Origin: Candidatus Omnitrophota bacterium
GTDB lineage: Bacteria; Omnitrophota; Gorgyraeia; Zapsychrales; JANLHA01
Direction: 5' to 3'
Assembly: GCA_963662715.1 (NCBI GenBank)
Contig: OY759724.1
Coordinates: 2,460,001-2,492,000, forward strand
Length of the DNA stretch: 32,000 nucleotides
Part shown: positions 23,616 through 32,000 of the stretch, piece by piece
Numbering within the stretch: position 1 is the stretch's first letter
Layout: each line of letters begins with the position of its first letter
Program-made: the position numbers and the translations under genes
Notes under the pieces: generated by a model
Databases searched by the model: none
Seen by the model: only the letters and a program-made list of their open reading frames with translations
Told to the model about the DNA's origin: nothing

Positions 23616-25604
23616 ATGACTTTTCTGAAGAGATTAAAAATTTCTCAGAAATTGATCCTGATCATTTCTCTTCTGATTGTTATTTCCCTGTTTATCGGCC
23701 TGAGCGCTATCTTTTCCCTCGAAATTATCAAGCGGCAAACTTCCCTGTATTCCCGTAATTCGCAGGCTTACAATTTAAGCGTCATTGTTGCCAATCATAT
23801 ACAGGAGGGGCAGCTGGCCGTCTCGGAGTTGACCGAAACCAAAGATCATCAGCATATCCTTGAGACTGAGAAAAAACTGCGCGACCTTTTCGATAAGTCG
23901 GTTTTAAACTTGAAATCCCTGAGCAAAGATAAATTCGGTTCAAGATCGGAACAAAAGAACCTTCTCAACGAGAATGAAGAATTTTTTAGTTCTGCTTTAG
24001 AACTTGTCTCTCTTTGCCAGAACCGTTTGGATAAAGAAGGACAACTTATAAGAATAAAGCATAAGTGTAAAAGAATTCTAAGACAGTTAAATGAAAAAAT
24101 TAATGAATTGAAGGTTAAGGTTGAGGTTGAAACGGACGCCCTGGAGGAGGCTTCCAAAGTGGCATTGATCAGAGAACCTCCGCGTCCGCAGGAATTGCAG
24201 GGATATCTCTCGGAGATCATTACCGTACATTATCCTGTTTACAAGCAGTTGTCGGGCATTCAGGGCCTGCTTAAAGATTTTGAAATAATGCTTGATGAGT
24301 ATTTGCTGTTCTCGGCCTTTGACACGAGGACCCAGGATGAGGAAAGAATCGTTCAACGCTTGGAGCACGCCGTACAGCTCACTCAAAGGCCCGGCTTAAT
24401 GTTGAACGACACGGACTTGAACACGATGAAGGATATCGAAGGAGGGATCGGGGACGTTATAGAAATTTTGTCTGGAGAAAGCGGGCTTTTTGCCGCATAC
24501 AGGTCTGCCGGGGAAATAAAAGGCCTTTTGGATAGCAAATTGCATGAGGTTTACGACTTTAATAAAGTGGTCTTGGCAGACTTAAACAACTTGTCAAGAC
24601 TGCTGTCGCAGACCAACCTTGATGCCAAAGATAACTCTGATAAAGCCATGTCCCGTTCAAGAACTGTTATCCTGTCGTTGCTAATGACGGGTATATGCGT
24701 GGGGCTGGTTTCGGGCCTGTTTTTAATTAAGGAAATAGGCCGGTTTTTACTGTGCTCATTTCGGATCAAAGACGTGGCCAAAGAACATGATTTAACTCAG
24801 CGTTTGCCGATGACCGGATCTTATGAAGTCAAAGAATTTGTCGAGGCCTTGAATCTGTTCATCGAAAACATAGAAAGTATTATCCGGCAGATCGAACATT
24901 CTTCCAGCCAGCTTTCAACCCTTGCGCAGGCTGTTGCCGCAAGCAGCCGCAGCATTGCCGACGGGGCCGAACAGCAGGTCAGCAGTTTTGAAGAGATGGC
25001 CTCTTCCATTCAGCTGAATGCCGACAGCGCCAAAGTGGTCGATCACCTGTCCCATGAGTTAAACCAGGACGCCCGTGAGATAAGTTTTACGATGAAAGAG
25101 ACTTTCGATTTTATTAATTTTGTTAATAAGAATTTTAATAAGATCGCCCAAACGGTAAACTTGATCAGGGAGATCTCGGATCAGACGAATTTACTGGCCC
25201 TGAATGCCGCCATCGAAGCAGCAAGAGCCGGTGAGGCCGGGAAAGGATTCAATGTCGTCGCCGATGAAATCCGGCTGCTTTCTGAGAAAAGCGCTGATTT
25301 TACCGAAGAGATAGAAGCGTTAACGCAGGGCAGTATCAAAGAGATTGCCGATGGTGTTTTGGTTTCCCAAAAGGCGGAAGAAACGCTTAAAAAAATCATT
25401 TTGAAAATAGATAAAATCACCCAGCAGATCCAGTCGGTTGCTCAAGCCAGCCAGGAGCAGGCCGCTTCTATGGAAGAAAATTACGGTATTGCCATGTCCA
25501 ATGCCTCGAAATGCCAGGAGCTTAATTCCTCCATGGATGAACTGACGGTTCAGTCCTCGCAGCTGCATAATTTGATTGAAAAATTTAAGATCAGCAAAGA
25601 TTAG
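23616..25604 (+). CDS. methyl-accepting chemotaxis protein with a large helical periplasmic sensor domain
   Basis: TM1 [21 protein letters not shown], a periplasmic region of about 320 aa, TM2 [21 protein letters not shown], and a HAMP-like linker. Hallmark hairpin tip [46 protein letters not shown] upstream. Confidence 0.93.
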   Translation: MTFLKRLKISQKLILIISLLIVISLFIGLSAIFSLEIIKRQTSLYSRNSQAYNLSVIVANHIQEGQLAVSELTETKDHQHILETEKKLRDLFDKSVLNLKSLSKDKFGSRSEQKNLLNENEEFFSSALELVSLCQNRLDKEGQLIRIKHKCKRILRQLNEKINELKVKVEVETDALEEASKVALIREPPRPQELQGYLSEIITVHYPVYKQLSGIQGLLKDFEIMLDEYLLFSAFDTRTQDEERIVQRLEHAVQLTQRPGLMLNDTDLNTMKDIEGGIGDVIEILSGESGLFAAYRSAGEIKGLLDSKLHEVYDFNKVVLADLNNLSRLLSQTNLDAKDNSDKAMSRSRTVILSLLMTGICVGLVSGLFLIKEIGRFLLCSFRIKDVAKEHDLTQRLPMTGSYEVKEFVEALNLFIENIESIIRQIEHSSSQLSTLAQAVAASSRSIADGAEQQVSSFEEMASSIQLNADSAKVVDHLSHELNQDAREISFTMKETFDFINFVNKNFNKIAQTVNLIREISDQTNLLALNAAIEAARAGEAGKGFNVVADEIRLLSEKSADFTEEIEALTQGSIKEIADGVLVSQKAEETLKKIILKIDKITQQIQSVAQASQEQAASMEENYGIAMSNASKCQELNSSMDELTVQSSQLHNLIEKFKISKD

Positions 25605-25636
25605 ATATCCTTGACATTCTTGTGCCGCAAGAAAGA

Positions 25637-25662
25637 CCCCGGGGGCATGCTTCTCCCCGGGG
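25637..25662 (+). terminator. GC-rich hairpin downstream of the MCP gene (possible terminator; no clean U-tract)
   Basis: CCCCGGGG (25637-25644) pairs with CCCCGGGG (25655-25662) around a 10-nt loop. The following sequence TGGGTTGTGTCTC is only moderately T-rich. See the finding on the triple CCCCGGG motif. Confidence 0.4.
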
Positions 25663-25770
25663 TGGGTTGTGTCTCATGCCCCGGGAAGCCTGCCGTAAAG
25701 GAGAGGAGAAAGTGTTTGAAGAGTTGTGTATATAATGATATGGTATTTAAAATATGAATAAAGGTCGGAA

Positions 25771-27636
25771 ATGTATTCGGTGGTGAGTCGTATTATCCCT
25801 CTTATCCTTTTTGTTTGTGTTTTCTGGGTTTTTCTGCCTTCCCTGAGCCATGATTTTGTCAACTGGGACGACCCGGAGCATGTTTTAGAGAATCCCCGTA
25901 TCCGTCAGCTTGACTTTAAGCACTTGTATGAAATCTTTTCGTCTACAACTGTCAATACATATATTCCCTTGACGATCCTTTCGTTTGCCTTGGAATATCA
26001 TTTTTTCGGTGACAATCCTTTTATTTATCATTTTACAAATATTATCCTGCACGCCTTTGTTACGGTTTCCGTCTGCTATTTGTTTCTTCTGATGGGGGCC
26101 GGGCCCCTGGCGGCTCTGGTGGCGGCCCTTGTCTTTGGGGTGCATCCTATGCATGTGGAATCCGTGACCTGGATTACAGAACGCAAGGATGTGCTGTATG
26201 CCTCGTTCTATGTCCTGTCTTTGATCGGATATCTCCGGTATCTGCAGACAGGCCGTTTTCAATATTTCCTGCTGACTTTGCTGCTCGGACTGCTGAGCTT
26301 GCTGGCTAAACCCATGGCTTTGAGCCTGCCGTTGATCTTATGTGTTTTTGACTGGTGGCAGGGCCGCAGTCTGTCCGTAAGATCTGCAGGGGAAAAAGTT
26401 TGTCTTGCTCTTATTTATCTGCCCGTTCTCTGGAAGACATTCGCCGCTCAGCTGCGCATCCCTGAGGCGAATTTTATCGAAGGATCGGCTATTTGGCTGT
26501 ATACGCTGACTTTTTATATTAAAAAATTTTTCTTCCCGTTTTTTTTGACCCCGATTTATCCGGTTCCGGAACCTGTTTCGTTCCGGACTTTTGAATATGG
26601 TTTGGCCGCGGTATTTTTTGCCGGTCTTTTATGGCTGATCATAAAAAGGCGATATAACCGGTGGCTTGTTTTTGCCGTATCATATTATTTCCTGTCCGTC
26701 TTTTTTCTCCTGAAAAATGACATGGTTGTCAAATGTATCGTGACGGACCGGTTTATGTATTTACCCAGTCTGGGATTCTGTCTGTTGACAGGTTTGGCCG
26801 TCAAAAAAATCAGCCGGCAGACGACGCCTCAGGGCCGGTATGTTCTTGCGGCTTGCGTCGTGCTCCTGCTGGCCGTTTTGACGGTTAAAAACAGGAATCA
26901 GCAGAAAATATGGGCTTCAAGCCTTTCTCTGTGGAATTATGTTATCGAACATAATTCCCGTTCAGCTGTGGCTTTTAATAACCGGGGAGCGCTGCTCGGG
27001 CAGAGAAAAGAATTCAAAAAAGCTCTTCAGGACCTGAATAAGGCGGTTGCTCTCCGTCCTACATATAGAGAAGCTTATAATAACCGCGCCATTGTTTATT
27101 TTCGCCTGGGTGCCTGGAACCGCTCTCTTCAGGATTACAATACGGCGATCCGGCTAAGCCCGGATTACATAGAAGCCTATCATAACCGCGGCGTGCTTCT
27201 TTTGAAAAAAGAGCAGTTCGTTCCGGCTCTTGAGGACCTGAACCGGGTTCTGCACATGGATGCCGGTTATTATAAAGGGTATAACAGCCGGGGTTTGATT
27301 TATGACCAGCAGGGCCGGGGGGCGCTGGCTTTGAATGATTTTACCCAGGCGATAGCGTTGAACCCTCAGTATGCCGAGGCGTATTATAACAGAGGGAATA
27401 CCCTCATTAAGAGCTCTTTATTCCTTGAGGCTCTTCAGGATTTTGATCGGGCGCTGTCGATCAATCCCGGTTTCGCACAGGCTTATTTAAATAAATCCGT
27501 TGCTTTTTTTGCCTTGGATTATTATCCTTTGGCTTTAGACAATGCTTTAAAGGCCCGGCAGCACGGGTACCCGGTTAATCAGAGCTATATGGACTATCTC
27601 GTGTCCTTGGCGGGAGGCGCCGGTGACTCGGATTAA
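25771..27636 (+). CDS. TMTC-like GT-C membrane glycosyltransferase fused to C-terminal TPR repeats (putative protein O-mannosyltransferase)
   Basis: About 10 TM helices with the first-loop acidic motif FVNWDDPEHVLENPRI and the HPMHVESVTWITERKD block seen in PMT_2/TMTC-type proteins. These are followed by about 7 TPR units (AFNNRGALL..., AYNNRAIVY..., AYHNRGVLL..., GYNSRGLIY..., AYYNRGNTL..., AYLNKSVAF...). Confidence 0.82.
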   Translation: MYSVVSRIIPLILFVCVFWVFLPSLSHDFVNWDDPEHVLENPRIRQLDFKHLYEIFSSTTVNTYIPLTILSFALEYHFFGDNPFIYHFTNIILHAFVTVSVCYLFLLMGAGPLAALVAALVFGVHPMHVESVTWITERKDVLYASFYVLSLIGYLRYLQTGRFQYFLLTLLLGLLSLLAKPMALSLPLILCVFDWWQGRSLSVRSAGEKVCLALIYLPVLWKTFAAQLRIPEANFIEGSAIWLYTLTFYIKKFFFPFFLTPIYPVPEPVSFRTFEYGLAAVFFAGLLWLIIKRRYNRWLVFAVSYYFLSVFFLLKNDMVVKCIVTDRFMYLPSLGFCLLTGLAVKKISRQTTPQGRYVLAACVVLLLAVLTVKNRNQQKIWASSLSLWNYVIEHNSRSAVAFNNRGALLGQRKEFKKALQDLNKAVALRPTYREAYNNRAIVYFRLGAWNRSLQDYNTAIRLSPDYIEAYHNRGVLLLKKEQFVPALEDLNRVLHMDAGYYKGYNSRGLIYDQQGRGALALNDFTQAIALNPQYAEAYYNRGNTLIKSSLFLEALQDFDRALSINPGFAQAYLNKSVAFFALDYYPLALDNALKARQHGYPVNQSYMDYLVSLAGGAGDSD

Positions 27637-27764
27637 AGGTTGACTTTTTTGGGTTTTAATTTATGCGTGTCTGGGTGTGGGCATATTTGTCTTATTGACA
27701 GTATCTATAATTCCTCTTAAAGTATTACTAATAGTTTTAAGAAACGTACCAGATTATCTAAGTT

Positions 27765-28991
27765 ATGAAAATACTTACATTTATTTTTGTTATTGTTATC
27801 TGCCTGGCCGGGGCGTATTTTTATTTTTCAGAAACCCCGCAGGTCTCCTGGGCCCAATTGATCCCGGATTTTTCTGTTAACAAACCGGATATTCATTCAG
27901 ACCCGGCTAAACCGGTGAAAGACGGCCTGGAAACAAAGCATTATCCTTCCGGCCGGGTCAAGTCTGAAGTCAGATACCGCAACGGCATGAAACACGGGCC
28001 GTTTAGGATTTACTACGACCAGGAAGGCGCGGTAAAAATGGAAGGGGAGTACCTGAACGACCTGATAGAAGGGGAATTGAAGGAATATTATGGAAATAAA
28101 CAGTTAAGTTCTCTTGTGAACTACAAAGCCGGGCAGGCTTGCGGAGATTATAAAGTCTATAATGAACAGGGGGATATTGTCAGAAGCGGAGAGTATCAGG
28201 ACGGTAAGAAGCAGGGAGTTTTTAAGGAATACTTCTCCGATGGTACCGTAAAAATGGAAGTGCCGTATAAATATAATCAGCGGGAAGGCGAGGTTCTGGA
28301 ATTTTATGAAAACGGTCAGCTGAAATTGTCGACAAAATACGTTAATGATCAGCTTGACGGGATCAGCCGGGAGTTCCATGAGAACGGTGTCGTGAAATCG
28401 TTTAAGAATTATGAACAGGGCAAGCAGAACGGGGCCGAGAAAAGTTATGATGCCCGGGGACAGGTTGTGGCTTTGTGGCATTATAAGGACGGTCTGCGGG
28501 ACGGTATCGGCCGGGAGTTTTACTCTGACGGAACCTGGAAAGCCACCATGAAATATGAAAAGGGCCAGCTGGCGGGAGTTGTCAAAGAATATTATCCTAC
28601 CGGGATATTGAAAAAGAAGTCCTTTTATCTTAACGGGCAGCGCAGCGGATGGGTGGAGACCTATTTTAGAGACGGCAGTATTTCTGCCAGAGCCCATTAT
28701 AAATATGATCTTATTGACGGCCAGGTAAAGCTTTATTATCCCAAAACAGAGCAGGTGAGGCTGGAGACGACTTTTGCGGAAGATGTCCTTTCCGGAAAAA
28801 GCCGTGAATATTACGAAGACGGGACATTAAAGCGGGAAACGGATTATAAAAACAACATAAAAGAAGGTCTGGAAATAGAGTATTACCTCGATGGGAAAAA
28901 GGCAGAGGAAAAAGTTTTTCGTAATGATGAGATCGTTGAGATCCGGCGTTTTAATAAAAGAGGTGAAATTATTTTTGAGGAAAAGAAGTAA
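27765..28991 (+). CDS. membrane-anchored MORN-repeat-variant (YwqK-like) protein, about 14 repeats
   Basis: N-terminal anchor ILTFIFVIVICLAGAYFYF, then near-continuous 23-aa repeats (HYPSGRVKSEVRYRNGMKHGPFRIYY, YFSDGTVKMEVPYKYNQREGEVLEFY, YENGQLKLSTKYVNDQLDGISREFH, ...). Confidence 0.85.
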   Translation: MKILTFIFVIVICLAGAYFYFSETPQVSWAQLIPDFSVNKPDIHSDPAKPVKDGLETKHYPSGRVKSEVRYRNGMKHGPFRIYYDQEGAVKMEGEYLNDLIEGELKEYYGNKQLSSLVNYKAGQACGDYKVYNEQGDIVRSGEYQDGKKQGVFKEYFSDGTVKMEVPYKYNQREGEVLEFYENGQLKLSTKYVNDQLDGISREFHENGVVKSFKNYEQGKQNGAEKSYDARGQVVALWHYKDGLRDGIGREFYSDGTWKATMKYEKGQLAGVVKEYYPTGILKKKSFYLNGQRSGWVETYFRDGSISARAHYKYDLIDGQVKLYYPKTEQVRLETTFAEDVLSGKSREYYEDGTLKRETDYKNNIKEGLEIEYYLDGKKAEEKVFRNDEIVEIRRFNKRGEIIFEEKK

Positions 28992-29289
28992 TTATATTTA
29001 TCTTATAATATTTAATAATCACGCGGGTTTTCTGGCCTGAACAGGGCCGAGAGGAATGTTTGCCCCGGGCTTTGCAGGAAGCAAGCGTGATTTTGTCATA
29101 AATTTATTAAAATAAATTACTTGTGGATTAATGGCTGTTTTTTTCATCCTCTTCTGCCTTTTTTGTATATGGCTGATGGGATGTATATCCGGTGGCAATG
29201 CTTGACAATATTATTAAAATGTTTGCATTTTCCGCTGTTTATGTTGTATACTTAATCCATATTGTAACAAGAAAGGGACGTACGAATCA

Positions 29290-30579
29290 ATGAGTAGCTC
29301 GCAATCCGTAGTAATTTACCGAAACATTCCGGTTATTACTTTATTTACATTTATCTTTCTGGGGGGCCACCCTGCTGGGGTCCAGGCCGAATCTGTGGAT
29401 CCTGCTGCCAAACAGGCTCTGATCGAGCAAGAATTAAACTGCATTTCTGACGCTAAAAAATCCAGCAAAAATTTTGACTGGCAGGATGTCTGCTATGTTG
29501 GGGACGCTAAGAAATCTTCTGACCGGCGTTTAACAGAAGAGGATGTTGATTATTCCGGCCGTGTTGATGAAGAGGAATATCCGCTGCTTCAAAACAGGAC
29601 AAGCACTAAGGAAAATGAGTTTGTGCTTTTCGGCCTGATTGAAAAGAATGCGGATTACGGTCCGGACTCTTATAAGGGGCGGTACAGTCTTCTGCCTAAC
29701 GAAAATTCCAAATTTTTCTCCGGCGGCAGCCTGAATGCGAATTACGGCCTCCGGCAGGATGACTTGGTGTGGAATATCGGCTTGGAAGGCGGCCCGAACA
29801 TCCTTTCCGAACTGACCTGGGATGATGTCGAAAGCCTTCAGATGAAAGGCCGGGGGGATTTGATTTTTTATGATCATTTTATCCTGGACGGAATGTTTGC
29901 CTATGGCGATGTGTATGACGGCACGAACCAGGACTCTGATTATCTGGGGGATTTTCGCACTTATGAGTTCTCCCGTTCCAGAAATGACAGCAACGGGGAC
30001 GATGTCCTGGATTATTCTATCGGCGCAGGCTACCGCCTTTATTTTGATCTTCCGCCCAAAGACTTTTTCTTTAAGAAGGTTCAGTTGACTTTCCTGGGCG
30101 GGTATTCGTATCATGAACAAAACTTTAAAATGACGAATGGATATCAGGTCATTCCGGCAACAGGGTCTTTCTCCGGGTTGAACAGCACGTATCAGACCGA
30201 ATGGGACAGCACCTGGCTGGGTGTGGATTTGAAGACCATCCGGGAAGATTTTACGGCCTTTTTGCGGTTTGAGTATCATTGGGCGGATTATTACGGGTAT
30301 GGGAACTGGAATTTAAGAACAGACTTTGCCCACCCGAAGAGTTTTGAGCATTTTGCCGACGCCTACGGCCGTGTATTGAGCTTGGGCGGCAGCTATGCTA
30401 TTCACGAGAATCTAGCCTTAAATTTGACGTTTGAATTTCAGGATTGGAGTACGGAGGCGGGTATTGACCGGACGAATTTTGCGGACGGGACGACCAGCGA
30501 TGTTATTTTTAATACAGCGGACTGGGAATCATTCGCAACTATGATTGGGATAACCTATTATTTCCCGAATAGGAAGTAA
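29290..30579 (+). CDS. outer-membrane beta-barrel protein, omptin-like barrel with a novel Cys-containing N-terminal head
   Basis: Signal peptide ...GGHPAGVQA|ES. Barrel segments are collinear by eye with E. coli OmpT (LSELTWDD.., GTNQDSDY vs NMVDQDW, LTFLGGYSYHEQNF vs LGLMAGYQESRYSF, TYQTEWDSTWLGVDL vs GYKQRFKMPYIGLTG). The C-terminus is MIGITYYFPNRK. The omptin relationship is unverified. Confidence 0.65.
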   Translation: MSSSQSVVIYRNIPVITLFTFIFLGGHPAGVQAESVDPAAKQALIEQELNCISDAKKSSKNFDWQDVCYVGDAKKSSDRRLTEEDVDYSGRVDEEEYPLLQNRTSTKENEFVLFGLIEKNADYGPDSYKGRYSLLPNENSKFFSGGSLNANYGLRQDDLVWNIGLEGGPNILSELTWDDVESLQMKGRGDLIFYDHFILDGMFAYGDVYDGTNQDSDYLGDFRTYEFSRSRNDSNGDDVLDYSIGAGYRLYFDLPPKDFFFKKVQLTFLGGYSYHEQNFKMTNGYQVIPATGSFSGLNSTYQTEWDSTWLGVDLKTIREDFTAFLRFEYHWADYYGYGNWNLRTDFAHPKSFEHFADAYGRVLSLGGSYAIHENLALNLTFEFQDWSTEAGIDRTNFADGTTSDVIFNTADWESFATMIGITYYFPNRK

Positions 30580-30649
30580 GCCTCACCTCAAGGTGTGGTG
30601 TATAGAAAGAAGCCGTTTCATCAATTCTGTGGACAAGGATGAGTTGATT

Positions 30650-31933
30650 ATGAAGAGTGTATTTCGAAAAATATTTGTTTTTTCCTTTTTGAATCTTATC
30701 TTAATCGGGTTAACCTCTCCGGCTGTTTATGCCGAAAGCCGGCAGGCCGTCCGGGATAAAATGATTGATAAAGAGCTTTCCTGTATTTCGCAGGCCAAGA
30801 ACCAGGGGCGCTTTACCTGGAGCGATGTCTGTTATCTGGATAATCAATCTGAGGAAAAGACCCGGAAAAGCGTTAATGTCATTATGGATGAGAACGGCTT
30901 GGTGACCGTGGGCAAAGAAGTTCAGCCGGATGTCGAGGAACAGGGGTCTTCGGAGGCAGATGTCCCGAAAGAGGAACCGAAATCCGGGAAAAAGAAGAAA
31001 GGAAAGCCAAAGCCGGAGGTTGCCCAGGATTTGGAAGAAGAGACATTTGCTTATGAAGGATTAGGCCTGGATTCCGATGCTTCTGTCGGGGAAAGATCTT
31101 ATTACGGACGTGACGGCAAAAAACTCAATTTTGAGTTCGGATCGGAAAATCTCTATTATAAGTTTAAATCAGATGACAATATCATAAAGAGAACAGGATC
31201 ATTATTCGGTGTTTTTGGGACGTTGACATACCGGTTCGGTCCGCAAGAAGATTTGGCCAAAGATAACAGCATCACAATGCTGAAACTGGACGGGCATCTG
31301 GCGCAGGATGTGGATGTCTTCATGTTCGACGGCCGGGGGCTGGCCGGTTATGACCTGTTGTTCAGAACCAAGGCCCGTCTGACTCCGTATATTGGTATAG
31401 GCTTCCGTTATTGGCGGGATAAGGATGGCGGGATGACCAAGGTGATCGATGATATTTATAGCCGCTGGTTTTATACAGACGGGGCGACATACGTTAAGGA
31501 AGAATTTAAGTATATTTATCTCCCGATCGGTTTCGAGTTCCACCAGCCGTTGGCTCATAAATGGGCTGTTCAGTTGACGTGTGAGTATGACATTTTTCTG
31601 CAGGGCCGGGTGACAAGACATTATTCTGAGCTTGGACCATTAATTATCAGCGCTACGGACGGGTCCGGGCATATCCCGAATGACATGGAGTTTACTCAGG
31701 ATAAAGGATACGGCTGGAGAATCGCGGTTAAATTTTTGAGAGCGGCTGAAAAAGTGGATCTTTATTTTGAACCGTTTATCCGTTTCTGGAGAACAGAAGA
31801 TTCTGATATTGAGCAATTTAAGACCGATAACGAGACGAGTTGGTATTATGCCGCAACGGGTGAGCCGGTTATTGATTGGATAAGCGGTAATAAAATCACC
31901 GAGTACGGCTTCAAAGCCGGTGTCCTTTTTTAA
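30650..31933 (+). CDS. outer-membrane beta-barrel protein with the same N-terminal Cys head and a Lys/Glu-rich linker
   Basis: I prefer ATG 30650 over the track start 30593. Signal peptide MKSVFRKIFVFSFLNLILIGLTSPAVYA|ES. The barrel is amphipathic-strand rich (YIGIGFRYW, YIYLPIGFEF, DLYFEPFIRFW), and the C-terminus EYGFKAGVLF ends in Phe. Confidence 0.65.
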   Translation: MKSVFRKIFVFSFLNLILIGLTSPAVYAESRQAVRDKMIDKELSCISQAKNQGRFTWSDVCYLDNQSEEKTRKSVNVIMDENGLVTVGKEVQPDVEEQGSSEADVPKEEPKSGKKKKGKPKPEVAQDLEEETFAYEGLGLDSDASVGERSYYGRDGKKLNFEFGSENLYYKFKSDDNIIKRTGSLFGVFGTLTYRFGPQEDLAKDNSITMLKLDGHLAQDVDVFMFDGRGLAGYDLLFRTKARLTPYIGIGFRYWRDKDGGMTKVIDDIYSRWFYTDGATYVKEEFKYIYLPIGFEFHQPLAHKWAVQLTCEYDIFLQGRVTRHYSELGPLIISATDGSGHIPNDMEFTQDKGYGWRIAVKFLRAAEKVDLYFEPFIRFWRTEDSDIEQFKTDNETSWYYAATGEPVIDWISGNKITEYGFKAGVLF

Positions 31934-32000
31934 GATGTAAGAAACCCGTATATTCCTTATCTCGTCATGCTATAAGAACCCCGTTGCCGCCTGCAGCGGG

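Noticed and set aside
27677-27880. 67-aa ORF overlapping the start of the large MORN gene
   Set aside because: It starts at GTG with no SD, and it is out of frame with and overlapping a strongly supported repeat-protein gene.
29530-30279. 249-aa minus-strand ORF inside the omptin-like barrel gene
   Set aside because: It is entirely antisense to a gene with a signal peptide, barrel periodicity and a paralogous head motif. The translation is I/R/K-rich and featureless. The same reasoning applies to the antisense ORFs 28104..28697, 23055..23564, 15972..16631, 13721..14242, 12096..12530, 8281..8715 and 31202..31621.
1-32000. Looked for CRISPR arrays, IS elements/transposases, integrases, reverse transcriptases/DGR repeats, toxin-antitoxin pairs and known defence-gene signatures
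   Set aside because: None was recognisable. The only direct repeat of note is at the tRNA-Ser locus. The YwqK-like annotations are not accompanied by toxins. I therefore do not claim a defence or mobile system in this window.

Overview
This is a 32-kb chromosomal segment with a strong plus-strand gene bias (26 of 30 genes). It appears to come from a diderm, probably uncultivated bacterium, with GC in the mid-40s % by eye; I cannot assign a taxon from sequence alone. Housekeeping genes are ychF, pssA, purU, tadA, a 33-aa ribosomal protein bTHX that is missing from the ORF track, tRNA-Ser(GGA), tRNA-Arg(ACG) and tRNA-Ser(GCU). These are interleaved with many envelope and signalling genes: two GT-C-type glycosyltransferases (one TMTC-like with TPRs), an MBOAT acyltransferase, four outer-membrane beta-barrel proteins, two membrane-anchored MORN-variant (YwqK-like) repeat proteins, an NHL beta-propeller, an MCP, a REC+PilZ pair, a PAS kinase-like protein, a fused M16 peptidase and a lone CpaF/FlaI-class secretion ATPase. 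I found no CRISPR array, transposase, integrase, reverse transcriptase or recognisable defence gene, and I cannot point to a clear-cut novel system. The most unusual observations are listed here. (1) Two tandem OM barrels share an unplaced two-cysteine N-terminal head, and they end a long envelope gene string (NHL, MCP, TMTC-like, MORN, barrels). (2) A secretion ATPase has no platform or pilin partners. (3) The PAS kinase has Met in place of the phospho-accepting His. (4) The tRNA-Ser(GCU) 5' half and its upstream region are tandemly duplicated, with a perfectly conserved 34-nt box. (5) The REC domain carries an insertion of about 29 aa in its switch region. (6) There are several unexplained structured or gene-less intergenic stretches. 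All functional calls rest on motif recognition by eye, since no searches could be run.
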